A stretch of 64,000 bases of DNA from Phoronis australis. Its lineage: Eukaryota > Animalia > Phoronida. Positions 47,264-60,472 of the stretch are shown here, piece after piece. The notes beneath the pieces are model-generated. The model ran no database searches. It had not been told where the DNA came from and saw only the letters and a list, made by a program, of their open reading frames with translations. The first letter of the stretch is position 1, and each line of letters begins with the position of its first letter. Location of the stretch: assembly GCA_002633005.1 (NCBI GenBank), contig NMRA01000439.1:310001-374000 (forward strand), written 5' to 3'. Both the position numbers and the translations under genes were made by a program.

Positions 47264-50200
47264 AATACTCCATTAAATCGAAAACTGACCTACCTTAGAA
47301 CACCTAAAATTGTATTGAATAACAATATCAGTCGAACAGGTGTTAAGTAGGTCGTTACTAGGAGGTACTTTTGTCTCATCTAATTTGATAGATGGCCAGT
47401 TTGAAGGAAGAGGAAGTAAACGCGAGCCCTGTCGTAGTGATAGGAATGGACGCTTGTTAACGCTTGTTAATTAAGATTTGGACACATATATCCATCACAT
47501 GATCAATCCAAGTCATATGGTACATCCCATGCTGTGGTAAACATAACCAAAGGGGTGACCAAAGACTTTGCTCAATTGAGTGTTTCACCAACGACGGGGT
47601 AAGAAGTAATTTAATTGGTGTTATTTGGATCTCGTTGGCAATCCGTGGGGGGAATTTCGTTAAATAAGACAGGGACAGATGGAAATGGTTGGTTAGAGTT
47701 ATCATCCAATATATACAACTTCATAGTTGACTGGCTAATAACCCATCAACCACAAACTTTTTATATATCTTGGTTGAATTTGATACAACGGACTATGGAA
47801 AATATGTTAAATATATTTTGTTCAAAAGTGGAGAACTACCGTACAAATAACCCACCTGATGCGCATGCTCACACCCAGCCTGACGTCAAATTACTTCTTT
47901 GTGGGACGTCAAGCCTCTATCAGAATACCTGGACCTTACTTTACATATAGATATTCATTGTTCAATCAAAGATGAGGCCAACCGGTGTATTCAAACCAAC
48001 TGATCATAAAAAGATGCTTTTATAACCCGAGTAACGCAATGCTGATGGTAGGCCTTCACTATGCCAACTACTCACGATGTCACTCGCGCAAAACGCTTTG
48101 TTTGCACTGTAAAAAATCTAAGCAGGTGGTTTCGTTTTCGAGTGCTTCACCAGATTGTAAGACCTATGCTAGGCTGGGTGCGAGACAAGTTACCCCCTCT
48201 GTTACAAGGCCATATATACGGGAGAGTGGTTCTGTGAAAGGATGATGAGGAGAACTTGCGGCAGAAATTCGTGTGTGTGGGCATTTGTGCGCATGCCTCA
48301 ATTTAGACGTTTCTCATAAACATGTGGTAAGTGAATGAGCCGGAAAGTATAATGAATCGTTTTGTTGTTTACTTGGCCCATAGATTTAGTATATCAAAAG
48401 CACTGATGTGGAATGTATCTATGTAGTCTTATCTTGCTTTAGCGTTAGCCGCAAGCCACAAGCCACAAAGACGTATCTCAATAAATGAAGTTGAGCAATA
48501 TCCTTCTTCATCATTCTCAACATCAACCAATCAAAGTGTTTGAATGTTATTTTCCAACTAATCGGAATGTCCGAATGTTAATGAATGAGATGGCATGTTA
48601 TTCATGGTCCTTTTACAACTACCCTCGTAGACTAGGGAAGAGTGTAGCTTGCGGTATGTCCTATTCAGTAAATTATAAAAGGTGGTTCACAAATTGATGC
48701 ACTTCTATGTTTTTATTTCTACACTTAAAGAAACAAGTGATTTACATAAAACACCATCGATGTTTCGCTAACGCGTACTGTGGTTCATCCCGTCCACATA
48801 CCTCTTGTTGATCGAAGTCGATAGGTTTGGCAACGCTTCTGACAAACGAACGGCACAAAACTTTAAACCAATCACAGGACGCACATGTTGCTTTTTTCAC
48901 TTGATGGGAAACTGGATGTGTGCATGCGCATAGGGGTTTCTTTCCGGTGATTGATCTATGGAATTCTAGCCGTATTGCCTAGAAACGAAGATGCCATTCG
49001 TATTTATTGGTTATTTCCCCATTTAACGAGCACGATTTTAAGCCTGTCCTAATTAAGGAAATAAACTGAATTTTTAGCAACCAAACTGGTTTAATCAGTG
49101 AAATCTCGCCTGCTCAGCAGCCATATTGAACCGATATTGTAATACGTTCTGTTACACCTCATAGTCTCACGTCGAGAGGCTGATGAGAGTCGGTGTCTGT
49201 GGTGAATGCTATCGTGGTCAGCAGTTGGCGACCCTGTAGACCTGGGGTGCGTTCCGTAGACGCACGACACAAGATCTTTCAAAATCATGCGAGTGAAATT
49301 AGGAGAGTTTTTCGGGAGCACGCCAGGGACATCATTACTGGCATACACTAGCAAAATGGAGGCCGCTAAAGTGATTAGTCGGCTTGGATAGAATGAGGAA
49401 TTATGGGACAGAATTTCGCGTCACAGTTCAATAGACAGATTTCACGCCGCAAGTGCCTCACAAATACCTCACGTCTACAAAACGCATCCCACGTAGTAAT
49501 CAGGCTTGACAGTATTTTACTTACTTCAGTGCATTGCTTTAGTAAAACTGTCTCTTCTGTCGCAGTATTCACCACATTGTTGCTTCGCATTACCAAAGAA
49601 TCGGTTGCGGTGTTCGGCCGATAATTCCGTGACCACTGGAAATTAACCCTTGGAGATCGCCACGCCACTCATCCGAAAGCCGCGGTGATGCCAAATGATG
49701 TCCTTCAACGATGATAAATGTTATCTAATTTAATGAAATAAGAATGGGTCGATTTCACGATCAATAACTCGACCCGTACAAGTGCGCAGGTCTACATTGT
49801 ACAGTGTGTCCCAAAAATGTTCACAAAGATAGACAAGTGTAAAATATGAGCACCAGGATACAGCTTTACTGAGAATCAATGATGTTTTTCTTATTCCAGG
49901 AACCCTAAAATTTGTGTTGCAGTTCGTGAAAGGGGCTCGGTTGAATCATTTTGCAGAAATATTGAAATTCAAGTTTTGGTACCATGCTCCAGAGCAGACA
50001 TCGAGGACTTTTAACAGAGCGGAGTTTGAACATAGGATGAAGTTGTTGAACGAGAAGTCCATCTTTCTCACCCGCAATGTCCCATTAATAGTTTGCGAGA
50101 CACCGTATACCTTAAGTTCTTCCAATTTCGTCAAAAAATTAAGTAGTCTGATAATTGCGCTTGGCCTATACGCGATTGAATATTTGTGTGCCCAGCACCC

Positions 50201-50820
50201 AGTAACTGTAGGATGGTAACCTGACATCCAAAGAAAAAAATAATTTCCGAAAATAGAAATTCTTTTTCATCCTTCGTCTACTAACATTAAATAGCGAATG
50301 GGGCGCTTGGGGAGCCCAGAAATTTTTTGGGGGACTAATAAAATTGTGGAGACACGTTCCCCGTCGATACTCGGGCTGCGTTTAGTAGGCGGGAAAAACT
50401 CGCAAAAACCAAGATCTTACAAGACCACACAAAATCCCACTAGTGCAGGCAAATGTTTTGCGAGTTTGCTCAAGACTTTGCTAGTGTACAAAAGCAAAAT
50501 GGCTTCCACTGAGGTGATTGATCTTTGTGGTTGGACTGTTGTGCACTGAAGACCGCTGAAGAGCACGTCCCACTTACCCCCAAAACATGGAAATTGTAGA
50601 AATGGTTGATAAACTCTAACACACTGGTCTAAAAACGTAAGCCATGATAGCAATTAGTTTCTAACCATCAAAACGAATGGAAAGACCACCTACTAGTGTT
50701 AGAAAGCAGCTCAGATTTGGAAGGTCTGCTTAACCCCGTACAGATGGAATGCTTTTTGACACTACTGCAAGCAGCGCTTGCTATCTAATCGTGTGACTGG
50801 CGTACTGGCAGCGGGTGCTA

Positions 50821-50970
50821 GCGTGCGTTCAGTAACCGTAGGACCTACGCTAGGACCTAGCTAAAATCTAGCCAAAGTCACGCGTTCTCATTTAAAATAC
50901 ACGGCAATATCTCACGTAATCTCGCGAAGTCTTGCTTTTAAGCGAAGTCCTAGCGTTACTGAACAGGAGG
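50821..50970 (+). mobile_element. Single copy of the same ~150-bp MITE as 18405-18544
   Basis: Colinear high similarity (GCGTGCGTTCAGTAAC..AAAGTCACG..GGCAATATCTCA..GTCCTAGCGTTACTGAAC). Confidence 0.82.
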
Positions 50971-51559
50971 CAATATAGCAAAAGTGACGCTGTACCCATT
51001 GATGTTGCACATTCTGCATTGTTAAAATGCCAGTATCAATTCGCCCTCCCCCGCCTCAAAGACGAATAGTGAAAAATTCATTAGATTAACCCTTGTAGGT
51101 TAGTTCTTCAAACTTGTCAGCGCCATAGGAAAATCAATAACGCAACTGCAACTGCCGCTGCTATGAATACAAAAGTGGCAAAAAGATGGTTAATGTTTTT
51201 TGTAAAAGAATGGCAGTTTGTTATCACAGTGACAAGCACCACTTGTAAATTAATAAATTGGAATCTTGAGTTGTGACTGTTGAACATCTCGCCCACTTCA
51301 TGACGACTTGTTTTCTTCCGCTACTTTTGCAAAAGAAAAGTTCTTTAAAGTTTGTTTCCACTTTGGGGATTACTTTGCGTATCCAGGGTAAAAACTACAG
51401 CTCCTTTGTATGTATCTATCACATTCAAAAATCGTTTAATTGGAATTTTGTTCACGTCATTCCGCAACTTTAAAAAGTGAATTTTGCAGAATGTTATGTA
51501 TGCAGACTTTTGGGTGAGATCCTGGTACAGCACGTCAGCATTCTTGACGCAAAACTCCA

Positions 51560-51686
51560 GGGTAGAGTTTAGTAACGTTAGGATCTACGCTAGGACCTCG
51601 CTAAAAAGCAAGATTTTGAGAGATTAGGTGAGATATTTCCGTGTATTTCAAATAAGAAGACGTGATTTTGGCTAGATTTTTCTAGC
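51560..51686 (-). mobile_element. Partial, diverged copy of the same MITE family
   Basis: CGCTAGGACCTCGCTAAAAAGCAAGATTT..GAGATT..GTGAGATATT matches 18563-18660. Confidence 0.7.
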
Positions 51687-53992
51687 CGCGAGACAGCTAG
51701 TGAACTGTACCCGGGCAATAATATACAACAGGAAAACCATAGCAATGGCTTCCACTTCCGGTCACGCACTGCCAAGGTCCCAGTTCTACCCAACACCACA
51801 ATACAATCCTCATTTCAATAAGGGTCGAGTTGAGACAAAATTTATCGCGGAAAGTGATTTAAATCGAAAATTAGTTTCCTTGTAGGCCGATGGCAAGCCT
51901 GTAGCCACTGAAGCGAAATTAAGCTTAATTAGAAGTAATTTCCAACATTATCTATTTTGGATAGTTAAAACACAAGTTCCAAAATTGCTAAAAATTTGCA
52001 TACGAAAGCACATTTTACGGTGCTTGTCATTATGAATTTTACTTGACTAAAAAACTATGTCTTATAAGACCAACAGCGAACATTGTATTAACTACCAAAC
52101 TATTTATTTAACAGTGATAGCTTTTGTATTTTTAATGTATGGTCGTTCGAGACAATTTTGGCACACAACAAAATGTATACGCGTGCCACCAGTGTCTACA
52201 CATCCCCCAAGAACAAATTTTCATTATGATTGAAGCACAGCACGAAGGCTTTTTGTTTTAAAAAAACATTTTGGAAATGTGATTAACTCGAGCAAATAGA
52301 AGCTCGTTTGCGTTACTTACGCAACGTCAATCATTTAGCGCGGTACATTTGCATGGCTTCGCCTTTGTCGTCTATAACCTCCCATTTGTTTTGCGGGGAG
52401 ACTCCTCCAGTCCAATGGGCAGCTGTTCATGTTGAAGTGCAACTTAAAATCGTACTTTTCAAACAGGATATAGAACTTGAACATAACAGACATAACGAAA
52501 AGAGCACGCCAAAGTGGAATAAACGTAAGTAACTTGTGTAGGTATCCTCACCAAATTGCAGAAGGTATGTGTGATTACGTCATACTCAATATTTGGCCGG
52601 GGGTGGTCAAAACTCGCACCAGGGGCAAACTCACTCCTTGTAGTTAGCAGATTCGCGCGTGAACTCAGTAATAGATCTATTGTGCGTTTGGTCAGTCAAT
52701 GCGCAGTGAAATTGTGGGAAAATAAAGTTGAACGACATCTTGACTGATGTCGTTTCAACATCTTCGATTATTTTGAAACAAATACTGACACGGCTGTTAT
52801 TAATCAATTACGTCTAAAAGCACAAGCCATTTTACCTTGAAAGGCTTCCGGCACAACAACAAACATTTTTTAGTCTTCTCCACGCGTCAGCTTCAGATTG
52901 CCTACGTCTGCCGACGGCTTCTCTTGCATCGAAGGTCACATAAAACTAGAACCCGCCTCAAAAACCCGCAATCAATTTTAAAATCAGTGGGCTCTGAACT
53001 GTAAAAGATTTCGTGTGTACTTTTATCTGGCAATTTTATTTTAACTTTTTTCCACCTCATCTCTAGGTGAATTTTCCAATGTAAAATGTTCCCGCCTTTA
53101 AAATTGCAGATTTTGGTGATTTAGTGAAATGAAAAATGTTAAAATTTTGAGATCGAGTACAATGTGTCTTTATTGAAAAAAATATTGTCTCAGGAATTTA
53201 TAAAAACATATTCAAATATTGTTGGTCCAATTACACAATTAAAACAGACCAAAATAGCATTAAAATAAGCTTTTTTAAAATCACATCGTCAACTAATGGT
53301 AGAATATAAACTATTTTAAATTACCTGGACCGTTTTGATGTTCACACCATAGACCGCCAACTTCGTATGTTTTCATTGGAAGAGATCTGTCGACTTTTTC
53401 CAGATATATTCAACCTACTTCACAATTGAGACACACTACAGGACCACAGAAAGCTGCCAATTCAACAAACAAATTCAATTTCGTCAAACTGCGGTCCACT
53501 CGTCCAACAACTATTTCCTCCCCTGGCCTGCTACGACTTTTCTTTACATCAGAGAAATAGTCATTTACAATCAACATTTGAAACATGTTGTCAAAGCCTA
53601 CGATTACAAGATGCCTATTCAATCCGACAATAATCTCAAAACTGCGTTTTCGTCAGTAAAAGCGATACTGTCCCCTTCAAAGCACGGAAGTATAATTAAC
53701 GTTGTTTTATATTGATCGATTACATCATGTTCAGTGCTAGCTGAGAATACTGGCATCTTTAATTTCAGACTGTTTTCAACACATTCTCCTTTCAAATGAC
53801 TGCAGGAAAAAACGAACAAATCAACTGTTTAATACGATATTACCCATACGATTCCGTCATAAGCAATGCAGGCTGTGGTCTATCCTATGTACATATAGAT
53901 AAACCACTGCCAGCACTTTTGGAACATGTAGTTGTCTCCCCTATAAACATGTCAGATTGACCATTACCTGGACACACTTTGCGATGAACGTG

Positions 53993-54095
53993 NNNNNNNN
54001 NNNNNNNNNNNNNNNNNNNNNNNNNNNNNNNNNNNNNNNNNNNNNNNNNNNNNNNNNNNNNNNNNNNNNNNNNNNNNNNNNNNNNNNNNNNNNNN
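53993..54095. other. Assembly gap (103 N)
   Basis: Run of N. Confidence 0.98.
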
Positions 54096-55837
54096 GAACA
54101 CATAACTGATTGAGTTTTGACCTGGGATACCTTATTTTACAATGAACAGGGGGAGTCGTGGCTCACTTGTGCCCCTCCCCTTGGCTACGCCAGTGCCAGC
54201 ATTGTGCAGTTTGTCCCAGAATTCCGACCTTTTCCTAGTGTCTCATTGGCGGGCGAGCTCGAGACGGGAGAGTGGGCCAGTTGCTCCCACGCGCCAGGAG
54301 AAGGGTGCTGGTGCGGGAAATAGGAAATAGGTGGTGTCCCGTAGTGAGGGGGTCAAAGCTACGACCGGGGTGACATCATTATATTCTGCCCCAGTGAAAA
54401 CAATCAATTTGCCAGGTATAAAAATTCTTAGCTGCTGTTTTTTCTGACACCAAAAGTGATTTTAAACAAAATGGAGAAAAAAGCTTTGTGTTTAATTCAT
54501 AAACCCTCGGTTATCCGTATTTGCTTTGAATATTACTAATCCAAGCATTCTTCTCATTTGCTTACATGAAATATTATCAAAATCGAGATGTTTTTACACA
54601 TGAGTAACCCATTACCACCAGATTACTGTGGCTTTTCTGACCAAAGTCATCAACGCGACGAGGGCCTCAGCGCGAAGGCCATATTTCAAACATTCAACCG
54701 AGTAGGACACATGCACCGTCTTACAGTGGCCCAATACGGTGACCTAAAGATGACATCGCACGTTTTTTTAATTATCTCAAGATCATTAAAAAGGAAACGC
54801 GCGATGTCTTCTTTGGACCACCGTACTAAACTTTCTAAAACATTAAAAAGTCCGTGTGACAAGACTGAACGCGAAAATGTAAGTCAAATTAACACTGTTA
54901 CGTATTAAGCAAAGAAAGCCAACCTCACACGTTCACGTTCGCGTTTGACATGCAGCCGAACCTCTCTAACAGACTTATGGAAAGCAGTCTAGTATTAGCA
55001 AGTGTGAGAGATTATGACTATTATTCAGACACTGCAAAATTTCAAGATAATGATTAAAAAACTAATTTCTTTCCCCTCTGTTTTAGCCAATTTGATACTA
55101 CTATTTCTGTTTTTTCATTAAGTCAGGCATTTCACGAATTTTCCATTTTCTAGCGCAATCTTTAGCAATGTCTCTTGCGATTTCAACGCGTGCACGTAAC
55201 ATACATGTAACAAGAGTGATGTGGTAGTACTTTTTATTCCATACGCGTTGAATCTGTCGAGGGAAATAAGACCATGTAATAAAGTTTTCCGTATTCACCT
55301 CCGGCACTACTTCAACAGTGACCTCTGACATGGAAAGTTCAAAAGGTAGGTCATATGTCGACTCGACGTCTTCGACGGTTCGATACTCAAACTTTCCGAA
55401 TATAGTTTAAAGTAATACAGTTGCAGCTGTGTAACTAACACTCGCCATGCAACCAGGCCCTAAACGTAAAATCTGGAACAAAACTGTTAATTACAGTATA
55501 AGACACTTATGTCTCAATTTTCAATTGCTGGATACTATATCGTCTGCAACTCAGGCGCCGATTCCTAGGAAACTAATATATCAAATGTTGTTTTTTAAAT
55601 AGTTCCAGGAGATGTTACAAGTTCAATGCACAGTTGCCGTTGTTTTCATCTTTGTTGCCTCTTTTTAAGAAATAAATCGTTACTTTTAAAACTGTTTCTT
55701 TTACAAGAGAAAACTTGCAATCTAACGCGCAAGTATATACATATAGGATGTGATCCGCCATGTGAACAGTCTGGGAGAAGTATTTGAAAAATCTTCCGAA
55801 AAATGTAAGAAACCTAGGAATTCGAAGCGCATGGGTT

Positions 55838-55981
55838 AAATACAAAACGTACCTCGATTGGCGTACAAGAAGTAATATCCCACTCGACCTTATTCCGCGT
55901 ATCGACCTCGACCGATACGCGGAATAATGTCTCGTGGGATATTACTTCATGTAGGCCATTCTCGGCACGTTTTGTGTATTT
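55838..55981. repeat. ~144-bp imperfect foldback
   Basis: GAAGTAATATCCCAC..TTATTCCGCGTATCG / CGATACGCGGAATAA..GTGGGATATTACTTC, with outer arms ACAAAACGT/ACGTTTTGT. Confidence 0.82.
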
Positions 55982-57904
55982 ATTTACTATTGACTAAACA
56001 CCTGAAAAAGTGGCACTCCATAATTTTACAAGGTTGGGGTTATTTTATACACTGAGTTTTTGAAACCAAGAACAGTTGTAAAACAATAAGAGAATTAACA
56101 GCGTTGCCTAAATCCATTACAAATTACTCCAAATGAAGTCTCCAAATTTTATGACTGGAAAAACAACGGTTTCCACAGAATATAAACAAAAGAAGAAGAT
56201 GTCGCCAGTTTCAACCCCAAATCGTGATCTAAGCAGCAAAAAGCCGCATGAAGGCCCGCCTACGCTGCCTTTTTGGAAATGTACGCAGTGTGGACGTGTT
56301 CAGCAACATTTTGGAAACATCCGGAATTACATATTTTCGAAATGTGTCTAATAGTTAAAAATTCCTGTATTAGAAACATGGGTCAGGAATGTTTTAAGTT
56401 GGATTTTAATCATCACAAGTCAACGTATGACTAACGGTCGCCCATGTAGATGATGTTTACCTCCGAGGGAATTTTGAAGCTACAAAAATATCCGAGGTGT
56501 TCCAGATGTTACAGGTTTTCAAGGCACCGTAATATTGCCGAAGACAGACACCACATAGAGCAGTTAGCAAAACGAACAATCACAATGCCTTTCTAACATA
56601 TCTATGCAAAGTTGTAGAACAATTCATGGCACTCCGTACAGCATGCTGGTTGATAATTTCCAAATGCGTCTCACACGGGAGCTAAGCAAAATAGTGTCTT
56701 TGAGATTGAAGGCCATTAAAATAAACCTGACTCACAATTTGCACCTTCTTTCTTAATTTACAATTTCATCTTACCCTGGTGGCCACCAAAGCCACCCGCT
56801 AGTCCTTTTCAGTTTGCAATCCCCCATTGGCTGACCTGTTTTTCTAGCCCTTGTCTCCAACCTTGAGCTGGGCCTACTCTCCAAGGTCGTAAGGGCTTAA
56901 CCCGCCAAAGCAGCTATCTATTTGCTCAACAAACCAAATCATAAGGATATGCACACACCTCACTATCTAATAAGTTTCATCCATGAGCCCATTTATAAAC
57001 GTTACGTTACCTCGTTCCTAATGCAGCCCCACGCGAATGGCCATTCAAGGCATGGATGCCTTAGCTTCGCTAGAAAGGCAAATAATATGCACAATTATTG
57101 ATTTCGAGAACTTAAAGTATGAAACCACTCGCAAGTTCTTACATCACTCTTAAGCGTTTTCACTTTCGAGTCAACGAACCGTATGCTATTTTTACGGTTC
57201 TTGTAATTGTCATTTCTGGTTGTGGGGAAAGTTTATTTTCGAATTCAGTAAACAGCTTCTGTCTGTTGAAGTTAAGATTTTTTTTTTAAATTGCATTCAA
57301 TCACAAATGCGAGTCTGAAACACGTAAGGATTTATTGATTCATGTTGAGTTATACACCGTAAAACGACTCACTCTCAGTTTAGTACGTAACGTGGACGTA
57401 ATCTGATGTCCAAAATTTGGTTGATGTGTTGGGAGTTCGTGAATTCTTGTGGTCGTAGAATACAAGATATCTACTTCGGTGTGTAAGGTGCGCGTGAAAA
57501 CTGTGCAGTCAAATCGTCTTACCAGCATTTGTTTTGCGACGGTCGTCCAGTCTAGATCTTAAACTGTTGCTAAATGACCTGATAACTCATGTCACAAGCG
57601 TCGCAATTTAGGGCTGGTCAACTCCAATAGACTGTGAAGCGTATTCTTTAGTCAATCAATGATTATAACGTTCTTGTTGTTAATGGAAATAGACTCCTAT
57701 CAAGGTAAGAACTATTAAGAGACCGATTATGTGAAAGTAAAGAGCCGTTTTTATTCAGCTAAGCTGAAATGTAAGAACAGAAAATTAAATGACCTGCAAG
57801 ACAAGTCACTTTCTAACTATGCAATTAGCTTTTGTGAAATATTTGTGGTGATATGAATTTATTTGAATCCGACTGACTACAGTACAAGCGTGTCAAGGTC
57901 TTCT

Positions 57905-57929
57905 TGTGTGTGTGTGTGTGTGTGTGTGT
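57905..57929. repeat. (TG)n microsatellite
   Basis: Run of about 12 TG units. Confidence 0.92.
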
Positions 57930-59233
57930 TGTGCGGGGGTGGGCGCGAAGAAAATGTTAGAGCCACCGTCGTCCCCAACCGCCCCACTCAACACCCCCAT
58001 TCCCTTTCCGGTCACAGCCAATACCTCCGTCGACACCATTTTGGCTCCCATATAGTCACTACCACTTTCAACACACTGCCCGCCCCCTGTCGACATTACT
58101 TCCTCCCAGTCGCCGCCACCGTCACTTCGGCGACTTCTTCCTTTTCGGATCATCGTTTTATTAGGACCCGTTTCCTACACAAATGGCCTGTGACTATTGT
58201 GAAATAATTTTGTGAAATAGAGTTTTAACCTCCAAACTCGGGTCCAGCTACATTAAAGCGGCTACAAACTGCATTCAACCTAAAGGTCGAACTAATTTGA
58301 CTTAGACTGGTTACCACTATAAACTTGGTCTCGACTTGAAGTGCATGATTTTGGGTTGACGTGGGACTGACAATTCACACCGTGACAAGTCAACTTGTAA
58401 AACCTGTCTCAAGCAATAACGGCCTGACTGTTCTTCAGAAGTGCTGAAATCACCTCCTATTTGACAAGGGATTAATTTGAGATTATGTGAGTTCTAAATT
58501 ATTTTTTTGTTAATTTTTTGTGACGAAAGGTGTATTTTTAGCCGCGTTAAGCTTCCAACAAATGGGGGATTGATGGTAATTTTGTTGATAACGATTGTTG
58601 CCCAAATGACATTCGGAACCCCTCGTGTGTTTTCGTAACCTCAAATTATCACTCATAGGAGGGGTTTCATATCTGCGTATGTGCGAATTTCAATCACAAC
58701 ACCGTAGGGATTCGGTCACTGAAGAGATGGTTAAGAATCATGTATTGTTAGCCTTTTACAGTTTCAACAAAAATTGAAGAGTATAAATTTTGTCCTTACA
58801 AATTTCTCCTAGATATTTATAAGGTTTCATTTTTTAGTAAAACGTGAGTATTTTTACCTATGTACATTTATTTCAAAATGGCGTCTATATCCAGGCATGG
58901 GTGGGCAGCCCCGGATGAGCACGACTGTCATATATCGGTTGTTGCAGTGCATGAACTTTATTTGACCTTTGACGTGCACAGGTGGGAAACACTCGCAGAT
59001 AAACGGCTAGGGCTAGTATGAGTAGCTGCCGTGTCGTTATCAAATGGGCCGAGATGAGCTATGATAACAACCAGCGACGCACTTGTCTTTACACAGGGTC
59101 ATTAATCCGTTTCGTGATAGTGCGCAACATTCACTCAACTGTTAGGTCAGGCTGAAATAGATGACATATTCTCGCACAAATGCTGAACCCTTAAAGTTCT
59201 CGAAGACATTCGGTGATATTCAATCTCTTCTTG

Positions 59234-60466
59234 GTAAGCCGTTTCTTCAACTGATTACTATGATACTTTGGGTGCATTTTTTTCTCTGCGATACAGCTTT
59301 TCTTACTGTAGTTTAAATTACGCTGAAGATATGGCAGCAGTCCAAGATAAGTTAGGTATAACCAAACGAGTGGGACTGATTTGACGTTTTTGGAAAAACT
59401 ATGTAATTAATGATCTGACGTGAATAATATGAACATGACGATTTAGGTCCATATTTACAGTTGCTTCCTACATGCCGTTTTTAGAGCTATCCCCTTTCGT
59501 TATTGCGTTTCGAAACTCTTTTAAGGGCAAGGAGTGACTATGACTGTTCGCCGAAGTCCACGGCGCATAGCAACACTTTCTGAACGATTTCAAGCCTTCG
59601 TTCAAGTTCAATTGTAGACCTCGAGCCCGCGAGATCTTTAAATGTAATGCGTACGCTGGGATCTGCTTTTAAGAAACGAACTATGCAACTTTTGAATTTT
59701 CCACAAAAATTATAGAGGTCCGACTTTTTTGTAGCCCCCTATGCAAAAGGGGCACATTTTAAAAACAATTCCTAAAAGATAGTCAGAGAACAGTGCATGT
59801 AGTATGGTTTTTGAAAGTTTCATATGATACCGATCAGACCTTTTTGAAATACGATGTTTCAGAGTTAGTCAAATTTTGACCTCACATGTAACTGTCCACC
59901 CCCGGATGTAATATCTAACTAATAGCCACATGAGTCACTTTTGACTTTATCTTTATGTTCACGGGGCACAAGGCTTGCCTTGCTTTTCAACACAGATAAG
60001 CAATTGCTGTTCCGATGACGGATTCTCTCATTTAATCAATACATTTGATGTATTCATCATGGGCGGCGCACCATAGGGGGCTGGGGGGGGGGAGTGTTAT
60101 AGCCCCTCCACTTTTGTCAGTGTTCCGGTGCCCATGGACTATGCGCCTTGCACCACAGTGGGGCTGGGGACTATAGCCCCCACTTTATTCAGTGCTGCGC
60201 CGCCCATGTTCATACTGCAGAGACTATTAAAGTGATCTGGTGACGATGCATGGATTTATCGAATGAAATTCAAAATCGTTGTCTGCTACGTCAGTTTTGC
60301 AACCTAAGAAGTTCAGTCAAAGTCATTATCGAAAGTTATTCGATAGCAACTTTAAAGATTGGTAAGTCATTACACACTGTCGTGATAGTGTTTTTCCTCT
60401 TGCCAATGTTTATGACGTGTTCGAGATTTAAATGGAATATTTTTGATGTTTTAAAATTTGTTTTAG
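59234..60466 (+). other. Probable 5'-UTR intron of the TRIM-NHL gene
   Basis: Donor TTG|GTAAGC at 59234 and acceptor TTGTTTTAG at 60458-60466; pairing these two sites is an inference. Confidence 0.4.
60058..60208. mobile_element. GC-rich MITE, TIR CATGGGCGGCGCA, 5-bp TSD TTCAT
   Basis: 13-bp perfect TIRs; TTCAT at 60053-60057 and 60209-60213. Confidence 0.85.
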
Positions 60467-60472
60467 GCAATA

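Noticed and set aside
53410-53992. Chain of minus-strand ORFs next to the gap as a pseudogene
   Set aside because: No motif I can recognise; it needs a TBLASTN or HMM search.
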